A stretch of 64,000 bases of DNA. It comes from Candidatus Cloacimonadota bacterium. GTDB taxonomy: Bacteria; Cloacimonadota; Cloacimonadia; G963667145. Under the pieces are notes generated by a model. It ran no database searches. It worked only from the letters and a program-made list of their open reading frames with translations, and was not told the DNA's origin. The translations under genes and the position numbers were made by a program. Below, piece by piece: positions 36,344 through 45,107 of the stretch; position 1 is the first letter of the stretch; every line of letters starts with the position of its first letter. The stretch covers positions 143,041 through 207,040 of the forward strand of contig OY781061.1 of the NCBI GenBank assembly GCA_963676515.1. Reading direction: 5' to 3'.

Positions 36344-36679
36344 AATTGACCTCCCTTAATAATAGACTATTGTCTTAATTCTTATATAAATTAATTGCCA
36401 AAAAAAAAGGCAAATTGTAAAAAAATACAACCTGCCTATCTAAATAAAATAGCCTATCACAACTGCTTCCCTTCGATAAATCGCGGGAGCAATAAAAATA
36501 CTCTATAATAAGACCTTAATCGATGTCTCTAAAGTTCCAACAGCTGTCAAAACCCGCACCATAAGGTAGGAAGCAAATTCCATTTCTCTTATTCTCAAAA
36601 TTTTAGACCCCGCAAAAGAGTCAAGCTTTTTCGCAGAACTGCTTTGTTTTACCACTTTAACCTGTAAGAGGTAAAAAAA

Positions 36680-39600
36680 TTACCAATTTGGTTTTTTATC
36701 TGATGTCCATTCAGAAGAAGTGGATGAATCGAAAGAGCTATAATTAGTTACAGACGAAACATCCCAGCCACTGATGTCTTGCTTGAAAACAGATGCACCA
36801 TAAAACATAGCAAACATATTGGTAACATTACTCACATCCCAGCCACTGATGTCTTGATTGAAAACTTTTGCATAGTAAAACATAGAGCTCATATCGGTAA
36901 CTTTGCTTACGACCCAATTATTAAGGGAGCCATTAAATGCAGATGCACCAGAAAACATCCTACTCATATTGGTAACACTACTAACATCCCAATTATTAAG
37001 GGAGTCATTAAATGTGGGCACATTGTAAAACATCCAACTCATATCTGTAACTTTGCTTACGACCCAATTATCAAGAGGTTTATTGAATACTGTCGCACCA
37101 GTAAACATCTTACTCATATTGGTAACATTACTCACATCCCAGTCATTAAGAGGTTTGTCATATGCAGATGCCATTTTAAACATACTACTCATATTGGTAA
37201 CATTACTCACGACCCAATTATTGATGTTTTGATTAAAAGCGGTTGCAACATAAAACATACAACCCATATCGGTGACATTGCTCACATCCCAATCATTAAG
37301 CGGCTTATTGAATACAGATGCCTGATAAAACATAGCAAACATATTGGTAACACTACTCACGACCCAATTATTGAGTGAGTCATTAAATGCAGATGCACCA
37401 TAAAACATATTTCTCATATTGATTACATTACTCACATCCCAGTCATTGAGACTTTGATGGAAAGTTGCTGCCTCTGCAAACATAAAACTCATATCGTTTA
37501 CACTACTAACATCCCAACCACTAATGTCTTGATTGAAAACTTCTGCTTTTCTAAACATAAAATTCATATCAGTTACATTGCTCACATCCCAATTATTGAT
37601 GTTTTGGTTAAAAGCTTCTGCACCATAAAACATAGAGCTCATATCTGTGACATTGCTCACATCCCAGCCGCTGATGTCTTGATTGAAAGTGGTATTTTCT
37701 TTAAAAAGCTCGCTCATATCGGTAATACCAGCAACATTTATCTTAGTAACATCTTCACCATCGGCAATCATCTGTAATAACTCTTCTCTAGACATCATAA
37801 TATTCGGTTTCTTGTCGTCTGTCCACTCACTCGAAGTGCCAAAATTGTAAAAACTGTAATTAGTCAAAGCAGAAAAAATATCCCAACTACTAATATCTTG
37901 TTTGAACGCGGTTGCATTACAAAACATGTAACTCATATTAGTAACATTACCCACATTCCAATCATTGAGGGAATCATTAAATGCACTTGCATCTCTAAAC
38001 ATATTACTCATATTAGTAACATTAATCACATCCCAGCCACTGATGTCTTGGTTAAAAGCAGATGCACCAGAGAACATAGAACTCATATCGGTAACATTGC
38101 TTACATCCCAATCATTAAGAGGTTTGCTAAATGCTGATGCACTACAAAACATCATACTCATATCTGTAATCTTGCTCACGAACCAACCATTAATGTCTTG
38201 ATTAAAAGTTCTTGCACCGTAAAACATCCCACTCATATCGCTAACATTGTTCACATCCCAATCATTAAGAGGCTTATCAAATGAAGATGCATAACAAAAC
38301 ATATAGCTCATATCGGTAACATTACTTACGACCCAATTATTGAGTGGCTTATCGAATACAAATGCATGATAAAACATATAGCTCATATCAGTAACATTGC
38401 TTACATCCCAAGTACTAAGTGAGTCATTAAATGCAAATGCATTATAAAACATAGAGCTCATATTGGTAACATTGCTTACATCCCAGCCACTGATGTCTTG
38501 ATTGAAGGTGGTATTGTTTTTAAAAAGCTCGCTCATATCTGTAATACGAATAGTATTTGCCTTAGTGACATCATCACCTTTTTCTATTTTGCTCACAAGT
38601 TCTGCCTTAGTTAGTGGAAAATTTGGTTCGTTTATACTTTTCAATGCACTATAAAATGAAGTAAAAGCATCATATTTGCTAACCTTATCAACATTCCAAT
38701 TACTTATATCTTTATTAAATCTAAATGCCTGGTTAAACATACCACTCATATCAGTAACATTGCTCACATCCCAGCCGCTGATGTCTTGATTAAAAATTTT
38801 TGAATAGTTAAACATATTACTCATATCGGTAACTTTGCTCACAATCCAATTATTGAGTGAGTCATTAAATACATATGTTCTACTAAACATATCACTCATG
38901 TCGGTAACATTGCTTACGACCCAGCCGCTGATGTCTTTATTAAACTTCGTTGCATAATAAAACATCCCACTCATATTGGTTACATTGCTCACATCCCAGT
39001 TACTGATGTCTTGATTAAAGTTTCTAACTATTGAGCAAGAAGAAATAGTTTCGCCTCTTTCATCGGCAACTGCCTGCATCAAATCTGACATATCTGTAAT
39101 GCCAGAAACATTCACTCGAGTTACATACGCATTTAAACTCAACAAATACACAAGTATTTGCTTATTTATTTTTGGTTTCTCAGCATTTAACCAAAGAGAT
39201 GAAGTATTACCATCAAAACCATAAAAAGAGTACTTAGAAGTTAGACCCACTATGTCCCATTTGCTGAGATCTTGGTCAAAAGAGCTTGCATTAGAAAACA
39301 TACAATACATACTAATAACTTTACTCACATCCCAACTACTTATGTCTTGATTGAAAGCAGACGCACCAGAGAACATCGAAATCATATGAGTAACTTTACT
39401 CACATCCCAGTCACTGATATCCTGGTTAAAAGCAGAGGCACCAGAGAACATAGAAATCATATTGGTAACATTGCTTACATCCCAGTCACTGATGTCTTGA
39501 TTGAAAGTGGCATTATTTATAAAAAGGTCTTTCATAGCAATAATGCTAGAAACATTTGCTTGAGTTACATCCAAATTTTTTGCTATTCTATCCACTAACT

Positions 39601-41590
39601 CTGCTTTGGTCACCATGTTTGTTGTAAACTCTCTGACCTCAGTCTCTTTGCTCGTCCTGCCATCTGTCGCTACTACTTTCCAATAGCAAGTTGTATTGTA
39701 AACCTGAGTAGGCAAAGAGCAGCTCGTATCGACAGTATCTGCTGCAATGATAGCCAAATCCTGAGCGGATGTCCCAAAATAAACATCATAGCTATCAGCG
39801 TTCCCACTCCAAGTTAGTTTGATATTACTTACAAATGTGCTCACTGAATCCACTGGAGAGACCAAACTAACAGCCACATCATCTCTTGTGGTAAAGGTAC
39901 TTACAGCACTCTGGGTTTCTTCTTCCCCATCTTTACCCACGATTCCCCAGTAATATTTTTGCCCATAATCTAGATTATTGAAAGCATAACTGGTATCTTT
40001 CAAATCGGAAGCTACTACACTTAAACTATTTTCGGATGTCCCCAAATAAAGGTCGTATTTTTTTACATTCTCTCCGCTCCAGCTCAAGGTGAGGTCTGTG
40101 TATTGCCAAGATGCACCTTCTGCAGGAGAAGACAAAGTCACCAGCGGTTGTTCCTTGGTGGTGAAACTGTAGACAGAGCTAGCAGTGTCCAGCTGTCCAT
40201 AGCTTGCTACTACTTGCCAGTAGTAAGTTTGCCCATACTCGATTCCCTCTGGAGTGTAGCTGGTAGTTGTCAAATCTGAGGCTACTTCGAGCAAACTACC
40301 TTCGGCTGTACCCAGAAATACATCGTAGTTGTCAACATTGCTTCCGTTCCAACTAATCTCTAAATTAGTAAACTGTTCGGTTGCTTGATCGGTGGGAGAG
40401 TTCAAACTCAAACTCGTCATCCCCTTGGTGGTAAAGCTCTGTACCTCACTAGCAACATCTAACTCTTCACTTTTCCCCACGACTTTCCAATAGTAAGTTG
40501 TATTATAACCCAAAGTAGACAAAGAGTAGCTTGTATCGACAGTATCTACTGCAATGACAGCCAAATCCTGAGCAGATGTCCCAAAATAAACATCATAACT
40601 ATCAGCGTTCCCACTCCAAGTTAGTTTGATATTACTTACAAATGTGCTCACTGAATCCACTGGAGATACCAAGCTAACAGCCACATCATCCCTAGTAGTA
40701 AAGGTGTTTGTAACACTCTGGGTTTCTTCTTCTCCATCTTTACCCATGACTTTCCAATAGTATTTTTGCCCATAATCCAGATTATTGAGAGCGTAACTGG
40801 TATCTGCCAAATCGGAAGCTACTACACTTAAACTATTTTCGGATGTTCCCAAATAGAGATCGTATGTTTTTACATTCTCTCCGCTCCAACTCAGGGTGAG
40901 GTCTGTGTATTGCCAAGATGCACCTTCTGTAGGAGAAGCCAAAGTCACCAGCGGTTGTTCCTTGGTGGTGAAGCTGTAAATGTCGCTGGACATCTGTGAG
41001 TACTCATCGCTGGCGATCACTTGCCAATGGTAGGTTTGCCCATATTCCAAAGAATCTAATGCATAAACTGTATCTGCTATATCTGTCGTGATTTGATGCA
41101 AAGAATCTTCAGAAATGCCCAAATAGAATTCGTATTTCTCAGCGTTACTACTCCAGCCAAAATCAATGCGATTTGTGTATTTCGCAGTATCACTGTTTTG
41201 GGGAGATAAGAGATTTATAAAAAGTTCCTTTTTCTTAGTTTTAAAACTCCGAACTTCACTTTTTTTGCTAGAAACGCCATTTTTGCTCACTACTTGCCAA
41301 TAGTAGGTAGTAAAATATTTTAAATCTTCTAACTTATAGGTTACTACTGCTAAACTCTTGAGGAGCTTCAAATCCAAAGGCGATTCTGAAAAGTATAGAT
41401 CAAAGCTACTAGCTTCTCCACTCCAACTCAAAACGACATCTAAATCTTGCTCTTCGGCTTGATCAGCAGGAGAGCTCAAATTTATAGAAACGGCTGGTAT
41501 CTCTTCGCTACTAGTCGTTCCTTCGGAGCTATTACAAGAAAAGAAAACAACAACTAGCGACAAAAATAAAAATATCCGAAAAAGTTTCAC
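36680..41590 (-). CDS. Giant surface lipoprotein: 7 Fn3-like modules plus 4 blocks of BspA/DUF285-type leucine-rich repeats
   Basis: 1636 aa. The signal peptide has a lipobox (VVFFSC). Seven ~90-aa modules follow the pattern (L.SP....L.LSWSG....YD.Y.G.....L......TSY.L..L.YG..YYW.V). Dozens of ~25-aa FNQDISGWDVSNVTDMSxMF repeats then fall into 4 blocks, each ending in a ..SSEWT.DKKPN-like linker. Confidence 0.85.
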   Translation of the reverse strand: MKLFRIFLFLSLVVVFFSCNSSEGTTSSEEIPAVSINLSSPADQAEEQDLDVVLSWSGEASSFDLYFSESPLDLKLLKSLAVVTYKLEDLKYFTTYYWQVVSKNGVSSKKSEVRSFKTKKKELFINLLSPQNSDTAKYTNRIDFGWSSNAEKYEFYLGISEDSLHQITTDIADTVYALDSLEYGQTYHWQVIASDEYSQMSSDIYSFTTKEQPLVTLASPTEGASWQYTDLTLSWSGENVKTYDLYLGTSENSLSVVASDLADTSYALNNLDYGQKYYWKVMGKDGEEETQSVTNTFTTRDDVAVSLVSPVDSVSTFVSNIKLTWSGNADSYDVYFGTSAQDLAVIAVDTVDTSYSLSTLGYNTTYYWKVVGKSEELDVASEVQSFTTKGMTSLSLNSPTDQATEQFTNLEISWNGSNVDNYDVFLGTAEGSLLEVASDLTTTSYTPEGIEYGQTYYWQVVASYGQLDTASSVYSFTTKEQPLVTLSSPAEGASWQYTDLTLSWSGENVKKYDLYLGTSENSLSVVASDLKDTSYAFNNLDYGQKYYWGIVGKDGEEETQSAVSTFTTRDDVAVSLVSPVDSVSTFVSNIKLTWSGNADSYDVYFGTSAQDLAIIAADTVDTSCSLPTQVYNTTCYWKVVATDGRTSKETEVREFTTNMVTKAELVDRIAKNLDVTQANVSSIIAMKDLFINNATFNQDISDWDVSNVTNMISMFSGASAFNQDISDWDVSKVTHMISMFSGASAFNQDISSWDVSKVISMYCMFSNASSFDQDLSKWDIVGLTSKYSFYGFDGNTSSLWLNAEKPKINKQILVYLLSLNAYVTRVNVSGITDMSDLMQAVADERGETISSCSIVRNFNQDISNWDVSNVTNMSGMFYYATKFNKDISGWVVSNVTDMSDMFSRTYVFNDSLNNWIVSKVTDMSNMFNYSKIFNQDISGWDVSNVTDMSGMFNQAFRFNKDISNWNVDKVSKYDAFTSFYSALKSINEPNFPLTKAELVSKIEKGDDVTKANTIRITDMSELFKNNTTFNQDISGWDVSNVTNMSSMFYNAFAFNDSLSTWDVSNVTDMSYMFYHAFVFDKPLNNWVVSNVTDMSYMFCYASSFDKPLNDWDVNNVSDMSGMFYGARTFNQDINGWFVSKITDMSMMFCSASAFSKPLNDWDVSNVTDMSSMFSGASAFNQDISGWDVINVTNMSNMFRDASAFNDSLNDWNVGNVTNMSYMFCNATAFKQDISSWDIFSALTNYSFYNFGTSSEWTDDKKPNIMMSREELLQMIADGEDVTKINVAGITDMSELFKENTTFNQDISGWDVSNVTDMSSMFYGAEAFNQNINNWDVSNVTDMNFMFRKAEVFNQDISGWDVSSVNDMSFMFAEAATFHQSLNDWDVSNVINMRNMFYGASAFNDSLNNWVVSSVTNMFAMFYQASVFNKPLNDWDVSNVTDMGCMFYVATAFNQNINNWVVSNVTNMSSMFKMASAYDKPLNDWDVSNVTNMSKMFTGATVFNKPLDNWVVSKVTDMSWMFYNVPTFNDSLNNWDVSSVTNMSRMFSGASAFNGSLNNWVVSKVTDMSSMFYYAKVFNQDISGWDVSNVTNMFAMFYGASVFKQDISGWDVSSVTNYSSFDSSTSSEWTSDKKPNW
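39675..40171. repeat. Internal duplication, copy B (Fn3-like modules 6-7)
   Basis: It aligns base for base with 40482-40978 at a constant offset of 807 bp (269 codons). By eye, most positions are identical with scattered substitutions. Confidence 0.85.
40482..40978. repeat. Internal duplication, copy A (Fn3-like modules 3-4)
   Basis: Partner of 39675-40171. Long identical runs include ttacattctctccgctcca, gtgaggtctgtgtattgccaagatgcaccttctg and agtcaccagcggttgttccttggtggtgaa. Confidence 0.85.
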
Positions 41591-41758
41591 AATTTAAACC
41601 TCCAAAATTTATTTAGAAAAAATAGTGTAAAAATAAAACTAAACCATAAATTGCAATACTTCCATATTCGTCAAAAACTTTTTATGTGTTTTAGAACTTT
41701 TTACAAAAAAAAAGATTGACTCAAAACCACACTAATAAAATTTGCCAGAATACATAGT

Positions 41759-41835
41759 GCGCCCGTGGCTCAATTGGATAGAGTATCTGACTACGGATCA
41801 GAAGGTTTGGGGTTCGAATCCCTTCGGGCGTACCA
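41759..41835 (+). tRNA. tRNA-Arg (anticodon ACG)
   Basis: 77 nt. The cloverleaf folds by hand: acceptor GCGCCCG/CGGGCGU, D-arm GCTC..GAGT, anticodon stem TCTGA/TCAGA with loop CTACGGA, T-loop TTCGAAT, and an encoded CCA. Confidence 0.9.
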
Positions 41836-41859
41836 TTTTTTTTCTTTGGGAGTAGATTG

Positions 41860-42237
41860 ATGATTTATGGTATTGGGATAGACATCGTCAAAGTAGCTCG
41901 CCTAGATAATACTATAAACAAATTGGGTGAAAAGTTTTTACAGAAAGTTTTTTTGCCAGAAGAAGTATCCTACTGCCAAAGCAAACCTTATCCCGCTATA
42001 CACTTTGCCGCTCGCTTTGCAGCCAAAGAAGCCCTAAGTAAAGCTATCAAGACTGGATTTACCCAAGGCGTGTGTCCGAAGCAGATCGAGATAGTCAAAG
42101 CAAAAAATGGCAATGTATCTCTCAAATTACACGGAATTACAAAGAAAATATGTGCTGAGCTGGCTATTAAACATCTACACCTGAGCATCTCTCACGAAAA
42201 AGAGATGGCTATAGCACAAGTTTTAGCAGAAATTTAA
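41860..42237 (+). CDS. acpS: Holo-[acyl-carrier-protein] synthase
   Basis: 125 aa counted from the ATG at 41860, with GGGAG 8 nt upstream. Features are the IYGIGIDIV N-terminus, an FAAKEA block and a HLSISHE block. Confidence 0.85.
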   Translation: MIYGIGIDIVKVARLDNTINKLGEKFLQKVFLPEEVSYCQSKPYPAIHFAARFAAKEALSKAIKTGFTQGVCPKQIEIVKAKNGNVSLKLHGITKKICAELAIKHLHLSISHEKEMAIAQVLAEI

Positions 42238-42254
42238 TCGCAACCTATATTCAA

Positions 42255-42345
42255 GGAGATGTGTCCGAGTGGTTGAAGGAGCACGCTTGGAAAGCGTGTG
42301 TATGCTCAGCGCGTACCTAGGGTTCGAATCCCTACATCTCCGCCA
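42255..42345 (+). tRNA. tRNA-Ser (anticodon GGA), class II with long variable arm
   Basis: 91 nt. Acceptor is GGAGATG/CATCTCC, the anticodon stem CACGC/GCGTG carries loop TTGGAAA, the long variable arm is TGTATGCTCAGCGCGTAC, the T-loop is TTCGAAT, and CCA is encoded. Confidence 0.9.
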
Positions 42346-42350
42346 TTTTT

Positions 42351-42587
42351 CTATGCCAACCAAGAGTTTAGCTCTTTATCACTGGGAATTCTACCCGAGC
42401 ACTTAACTTGTCCATCGATGACCAAACCAGGAACGCTCATCACTCCATATTTCATCACTTCCACAATATCTGTTACCTTAGACACCTCTGCAGGAATATT
42501 TTTATCACTGACCATTTTTGCTATTTTATCTTTCAGATTGGTGCAAGTCACACAATTTTCAGAACCTAGAACTACTACTTTTTTCAT
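42351..42587 (-). CDS. Small thioredoxin-fold protein (redox-active disulfide protein 2 / Thioredoxin_3 type)
   Basis: 78 aa with a CxxC in VVLGSENCVTCT. The stop codon lies 5 nt from the tRNA-Ser 3' end (convergent). Confidence 0.75.
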   Translation of the reverse strand: MKKVVVLGSENCVTCTNLKDKIAKMVSDKNIPAEVSKVTDIVEVMKYGVMSVPGLVIDGQVKCSGRIPSDKELNSWLA

Positions 42588-42604
42588 TATTTCTCCTTAT
42601 AATA

Positions 42605-44242
42605 TTAAAAAATCAAATTATACAAATATCCAACTACAACAAACGAGATGAACAGAAATATTGTAAAATATGCCAGCAAGCGAACCTTCAACACCTTGCG
42701 AAGGATAATCATCTCGGGTAAACTAATGGCAACCACACTCATCATCATCGCTAGCACAGTTCCTATCGGCACGCCTTTACCCAGCAGAGCCTCGGCAATA
42801 GGTATGACACCCGTGGCGTTGGAATATAGAGGAATGCCCATTATCACCGCCAAAGGCACGGCAAAAAAGTTGTCTGCACTCGCGTATTTTGCAAAGAACT
42901 CCTCGGGAACATAGCCGTGCAAAAAAGCACCTACACCAATACCGATAATAATATAAAGCCAGATTTTTTTGATGATTCCCTTGGCGTAGCTCCACGCATA
43001 GGCAAGACGCTCGTCGAAAGTTGAAATGCCGTTTTCAGCTATATTCTGCTTGCCCATGCGAATATCGTAAACATAGCCTTCCACATATTTTTCCATTCCC
43101 AGTTTTTCCAGCAATATCCCCCCGATAAGTCCGATGCTCATCCCTGTGATGACATAAACAAATGCCAGCTGTCCACCTACGGCGGAAGCAAAAACGAGAA
43201 TAGCTATTTCGTTAATCATCGGCGAGGTAATAAGAAAAGCCATCGTGACTCCAAAAGGGATGCCAGCTTCGACAAAACCGATGAAAAGCGGGATGGAAGA
43301 ACAAGAGCAAAAGGGAGTAATCGCTCCCAAAAGCACCGCCATAATGTAAGCCAGCCACTTAGGTTTTCCTTCCAGATATTGGCGAACCTTCTCAGGGTTT
43401 AGTTTGGAGCGGAAAAAAGAGACTGCCGTCGTCATCGCTGTCAAAAGAAAGAAAATTTTGCTAACATCTTCGATGAAAAAATGCAAAGCCTCTGCCAAAT
43501 GCGTGCCACTTTCCAGAGCGAAAATATTGTAAACAATAAAATCTGCCAGCAAAGTAAACCACGAGAGAATATTTAGACCAAAACCAAGCGTGGTTACTAA
43601 ATAGTAAACACCTCCTATTACGAAAACCCAACCTGTTATCTTTCTAGCCCATTTCTCGAATAAAACAATCTTGCTGTAAACTTTCACAATGTTTTTAATA
43701 CTAAACGCCAGAATAAAAGCCAAAACCAAAACTGGCAAACCCGTACCTATTCCGTACAAAATCAGCGAAAACACATTTCCTTTGGTTTGGATAAGATTGC
43801 CTAAAAACAAAGCCGCAGAGACAGGGCATAAAGCAAGTGCAAAGAAAATTCCCAGCAGAAAAGCTCCTATCAAACCTTGTTTTTCCATATTTTTTTGCGA
43901 ATCTTCTTTTAAGCCGAATTTAGGAAGTTTTATCTTGATAATATCCAAAATCATCAACCCAACTAAAATTAACGCTGGAGCAACGACATAGGGCATATTA
44001 TTTTGCAGAAATTGCGAAACAAGCGGTATAGATGAAAAACTGAGCGACAAAGCAAGACCTAAAATAGTATAGAGTGCTGTTCGCCCCAAAGTATAAAAAA
44101 TCCCTGAGAGCAAAACATAGTAAGGCTTGCCAACTTTTTGCCCAATATAAGAGATGGCAGTTATATTTGTCGTGAGCGGACACGGACTGATTGAAGTCAA
44201 TATCCCTAGCCAGAGTGAAGTTAAAAGTAATCCCATTTCCAT
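42605..44242 (-). CDS. Fusion membrane protein: N-terminal CcdA/DsbD-type thiol-disulfide transporter domain plus C-terminal DUF318/ArsP-type permease
   Basis: 545 aa. Residues ~1-225 carry the two membrane-embedded Cys-Pro motifs (ISPCPL, ALCPVS) typical of CcdA/DsbD-beta. Residues ~230-545 carry the ITPFCSCSSIPLFIGF motif and the topology of the DUF318 'predicted permease' family. Confidence 0.65.
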   Translation of the reverse strand: MEMGLLLTSLWLGILTSISPCPLTTNITAISYIGQKVGKPYYVLLSGIFYTLGRTALYTILGLALSLSFSSIPLVSQFLQNNMPYVVAPALILVGLMILDIIKIKLPKFGLKEDSQKNMEKQGLIGAFLLGIFFALALCPVSAALFLGNLIQTKGNVFSLILYGIGTGLPVLVLAFILAFSIKNIVKVYSKIVLFEKWARKITGWVFVIGGVYYLVTTLGFGLNILSWFTLLADFIVYNIFALESGTHLAEALHFFIEDVSKIFFLLTAMTTAVSFFRSKLNPEKVRQYLEGKPKWLAYIMAVLLGAITPFCSCSSIPLFIGFVEAGIPFGVTMAFLITSPMINEIAILVFASAVGGQLAFVYVITGMSIGLIGGILLEKLGMEKYVEGYVYDIRMGKQNIAENGISTFDERLAYAWSYAKGIIKKIWLYIIIGIGVGAFLHGYVPEEFFAKYASADNFFAVPLAVIMGIPLYSNATGVIPIAEALLGKGVPIGTVLAMMMSVVAISLPEMIILRKVLKVRLLAYFTIFLFISFVVVGYLYNLIF

Positions 44243-44243
44243 T

Positions 44244-44669
44244 TTATTCTCCTTGATCCATTAAAAAAGTGTCTATTTCATTTTTCACATAAATTTTGAA
44301 TTTATTCTCGTCTCTCAAATAATTCCAGATTTTATCCAAATTTTTATAACTCACTTCTTTGCCATCTTTTATCTTTACGATAACTACAGATTTTGCATAA
44401 AGTTCATAATCGGTGATAAAATGCTTATTTTCCGACTTCTGCACATCTACAATTCTCAACTCCAGCTTATCCTTAAAGTTTTCTTCAAAAACTTCTTTCG
44501 TGTATTTTTCTATTTTCAGGCACGAGGTGCATCTCACATTGCTGTGGAAATAATAAATCACCGATTTTGCAGGTGATTTAGCACTTAAATTCAGCTCATT
44601 CTCTTTCCCTTTACAGCTCGTCACAAAAAAGAGTATCGCTATTAAAAGCAAAGAATACTTTCTAATCAT
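44244..44669 (-). CDS. Thioredoxin-like CxxC lipoprotein
   Basis: I chose the ATG at 44669, which gives MIRKYSLLLIAILFFVTSC with a lipobox. A CxxC lies in NVRCTSCLKIE. The start overlaps the arsR stop by 8 nt. The ORF-track start at 44714 would add 15 residues ahead of the signal peptide. Confidence 0.6.
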   Translation of the reverse strand: MIRKYSLLLIAILFFVTSCKGKENELNLSAKSPAKSVIYYFHSNVRCTSCLKIEKYTKEVFEENFKDKLELRIVDVQKSENKHFITDYELYAKSVVIVKIKDGKEVSYKNLDKIWNYLRDENKFKIYVKNEIDTFLMDQGE

Positions 44670-44979
44670 TTTTCGCTCCTTGTTGGCAACTGCAGTTGAA
44701 TTTGCGACAATCATCTATCAAAAAATCACCCAGCGATTTGATAAAATCACAATTTGCATAATAATGAATGAACTTGCCTTGTTTCTCTTTTCTTATTAGT
44801 TTCGCATTTCCCAGCTCTTTTAGATGAAAAGAGAGATTGGAGTTCGTCATATCAAGCTTTTTCACCAGATTGCAAGGACAAAGTCCCTCTTGTCCAAACT
44901 TTACCAGTTCTTTGAGAATTTTCACTCTGCTCTCTTGTGCTAAAGCACTAAAAGCTTTCACCAATGTTTTATAATCCAT
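44662..44979 (-). CDS. arsR: ArsR/SmtB-family metalloregulator
   Basis: 105 aa counted from the ATG at 44979 (AGGTGG upstream). Features are the ESRVKILKEL wHTH, the LCPCNLV Cys pair at the ArsR metalloid site position, NLSFHLKEL, and extra C-terminal Cys residues (CRKFNCSC). Confidence 0.8.
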   Translation of the reverse strand: MDYKTLVKAFSALAQESRVKILKELVKFGQEGLCPCNLVKKLDMTNSNLSFHLKELGNAKLIRKEKQGKFIHYYANCDFIKSLGDFLIDDCRKFNCSCQQGAKND

Positions 44980-45107
44980 TTCGATTCCACCTGGGGACAA
45001 TTCAATATTTTTAGAAATGTTGTAAAGTTAATAACTAAAGTTTCGTTAAAAAATTATTTTTGATTTAAAAAGGTTAGCTGTAAAATCAAACTAGCAGAGA
45101 GAAATTT

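Noticed and set aside
36440-36590. 25-codon minus-strand mini-ORF (MEFASYLMVRVLTAVGTLETSIKVLL) in the infC leader, considered as a possible leader peptide.
   Set aside because: It has only a weak purine-rich patch upstream and no regulatory codon run. Nothing links it to attenuation, so it is indistinguishable from a chance ORF.
36779-39598. Series of plus-strand ORFs with a striking repeated peptide (..HIGNITHIP..IIKR..) that look like a repeat protein.
   Set aside because: They are the antisense translation of the DUF285 repeats of the giant minus-strand lipoprotein gene. The periodicity is inherited from that gene, the ORFs are fragmented, and they lack starts with an RBS.
36680-41590. 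Regularly spaced ~75-bp repeats that could superficially suggest a CRISPR-like array.
   Set aside because: The repeats are in frame within one continuous 4.9-kb ORF. They encode LRR units and have no unique spacers of constant length, and no cas genes are present.
41716-41741. TTGACT (41716-41721) and TAAAAT (41736-41741) upstream of tRNA-Arg, considered as a sigma-70 promoter.
   Set aside because: The spacer is only 14 bp, against an optimum of 16-18 bp. AT-rich DNA produces many -10-like hexamers, so this is not reported as a feature.
42255-45107. tRNA-Ser 3' end lies only 5 nt from the first gene of the ArsR/thiol cassette: a possible tRNA-targeted genomic island.
   Set aside because: There is no integrase gene. 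I found no direct repeat of the tRNA 3' end at the far border (45001-45107), and composition looks the same as the surrounding genes.
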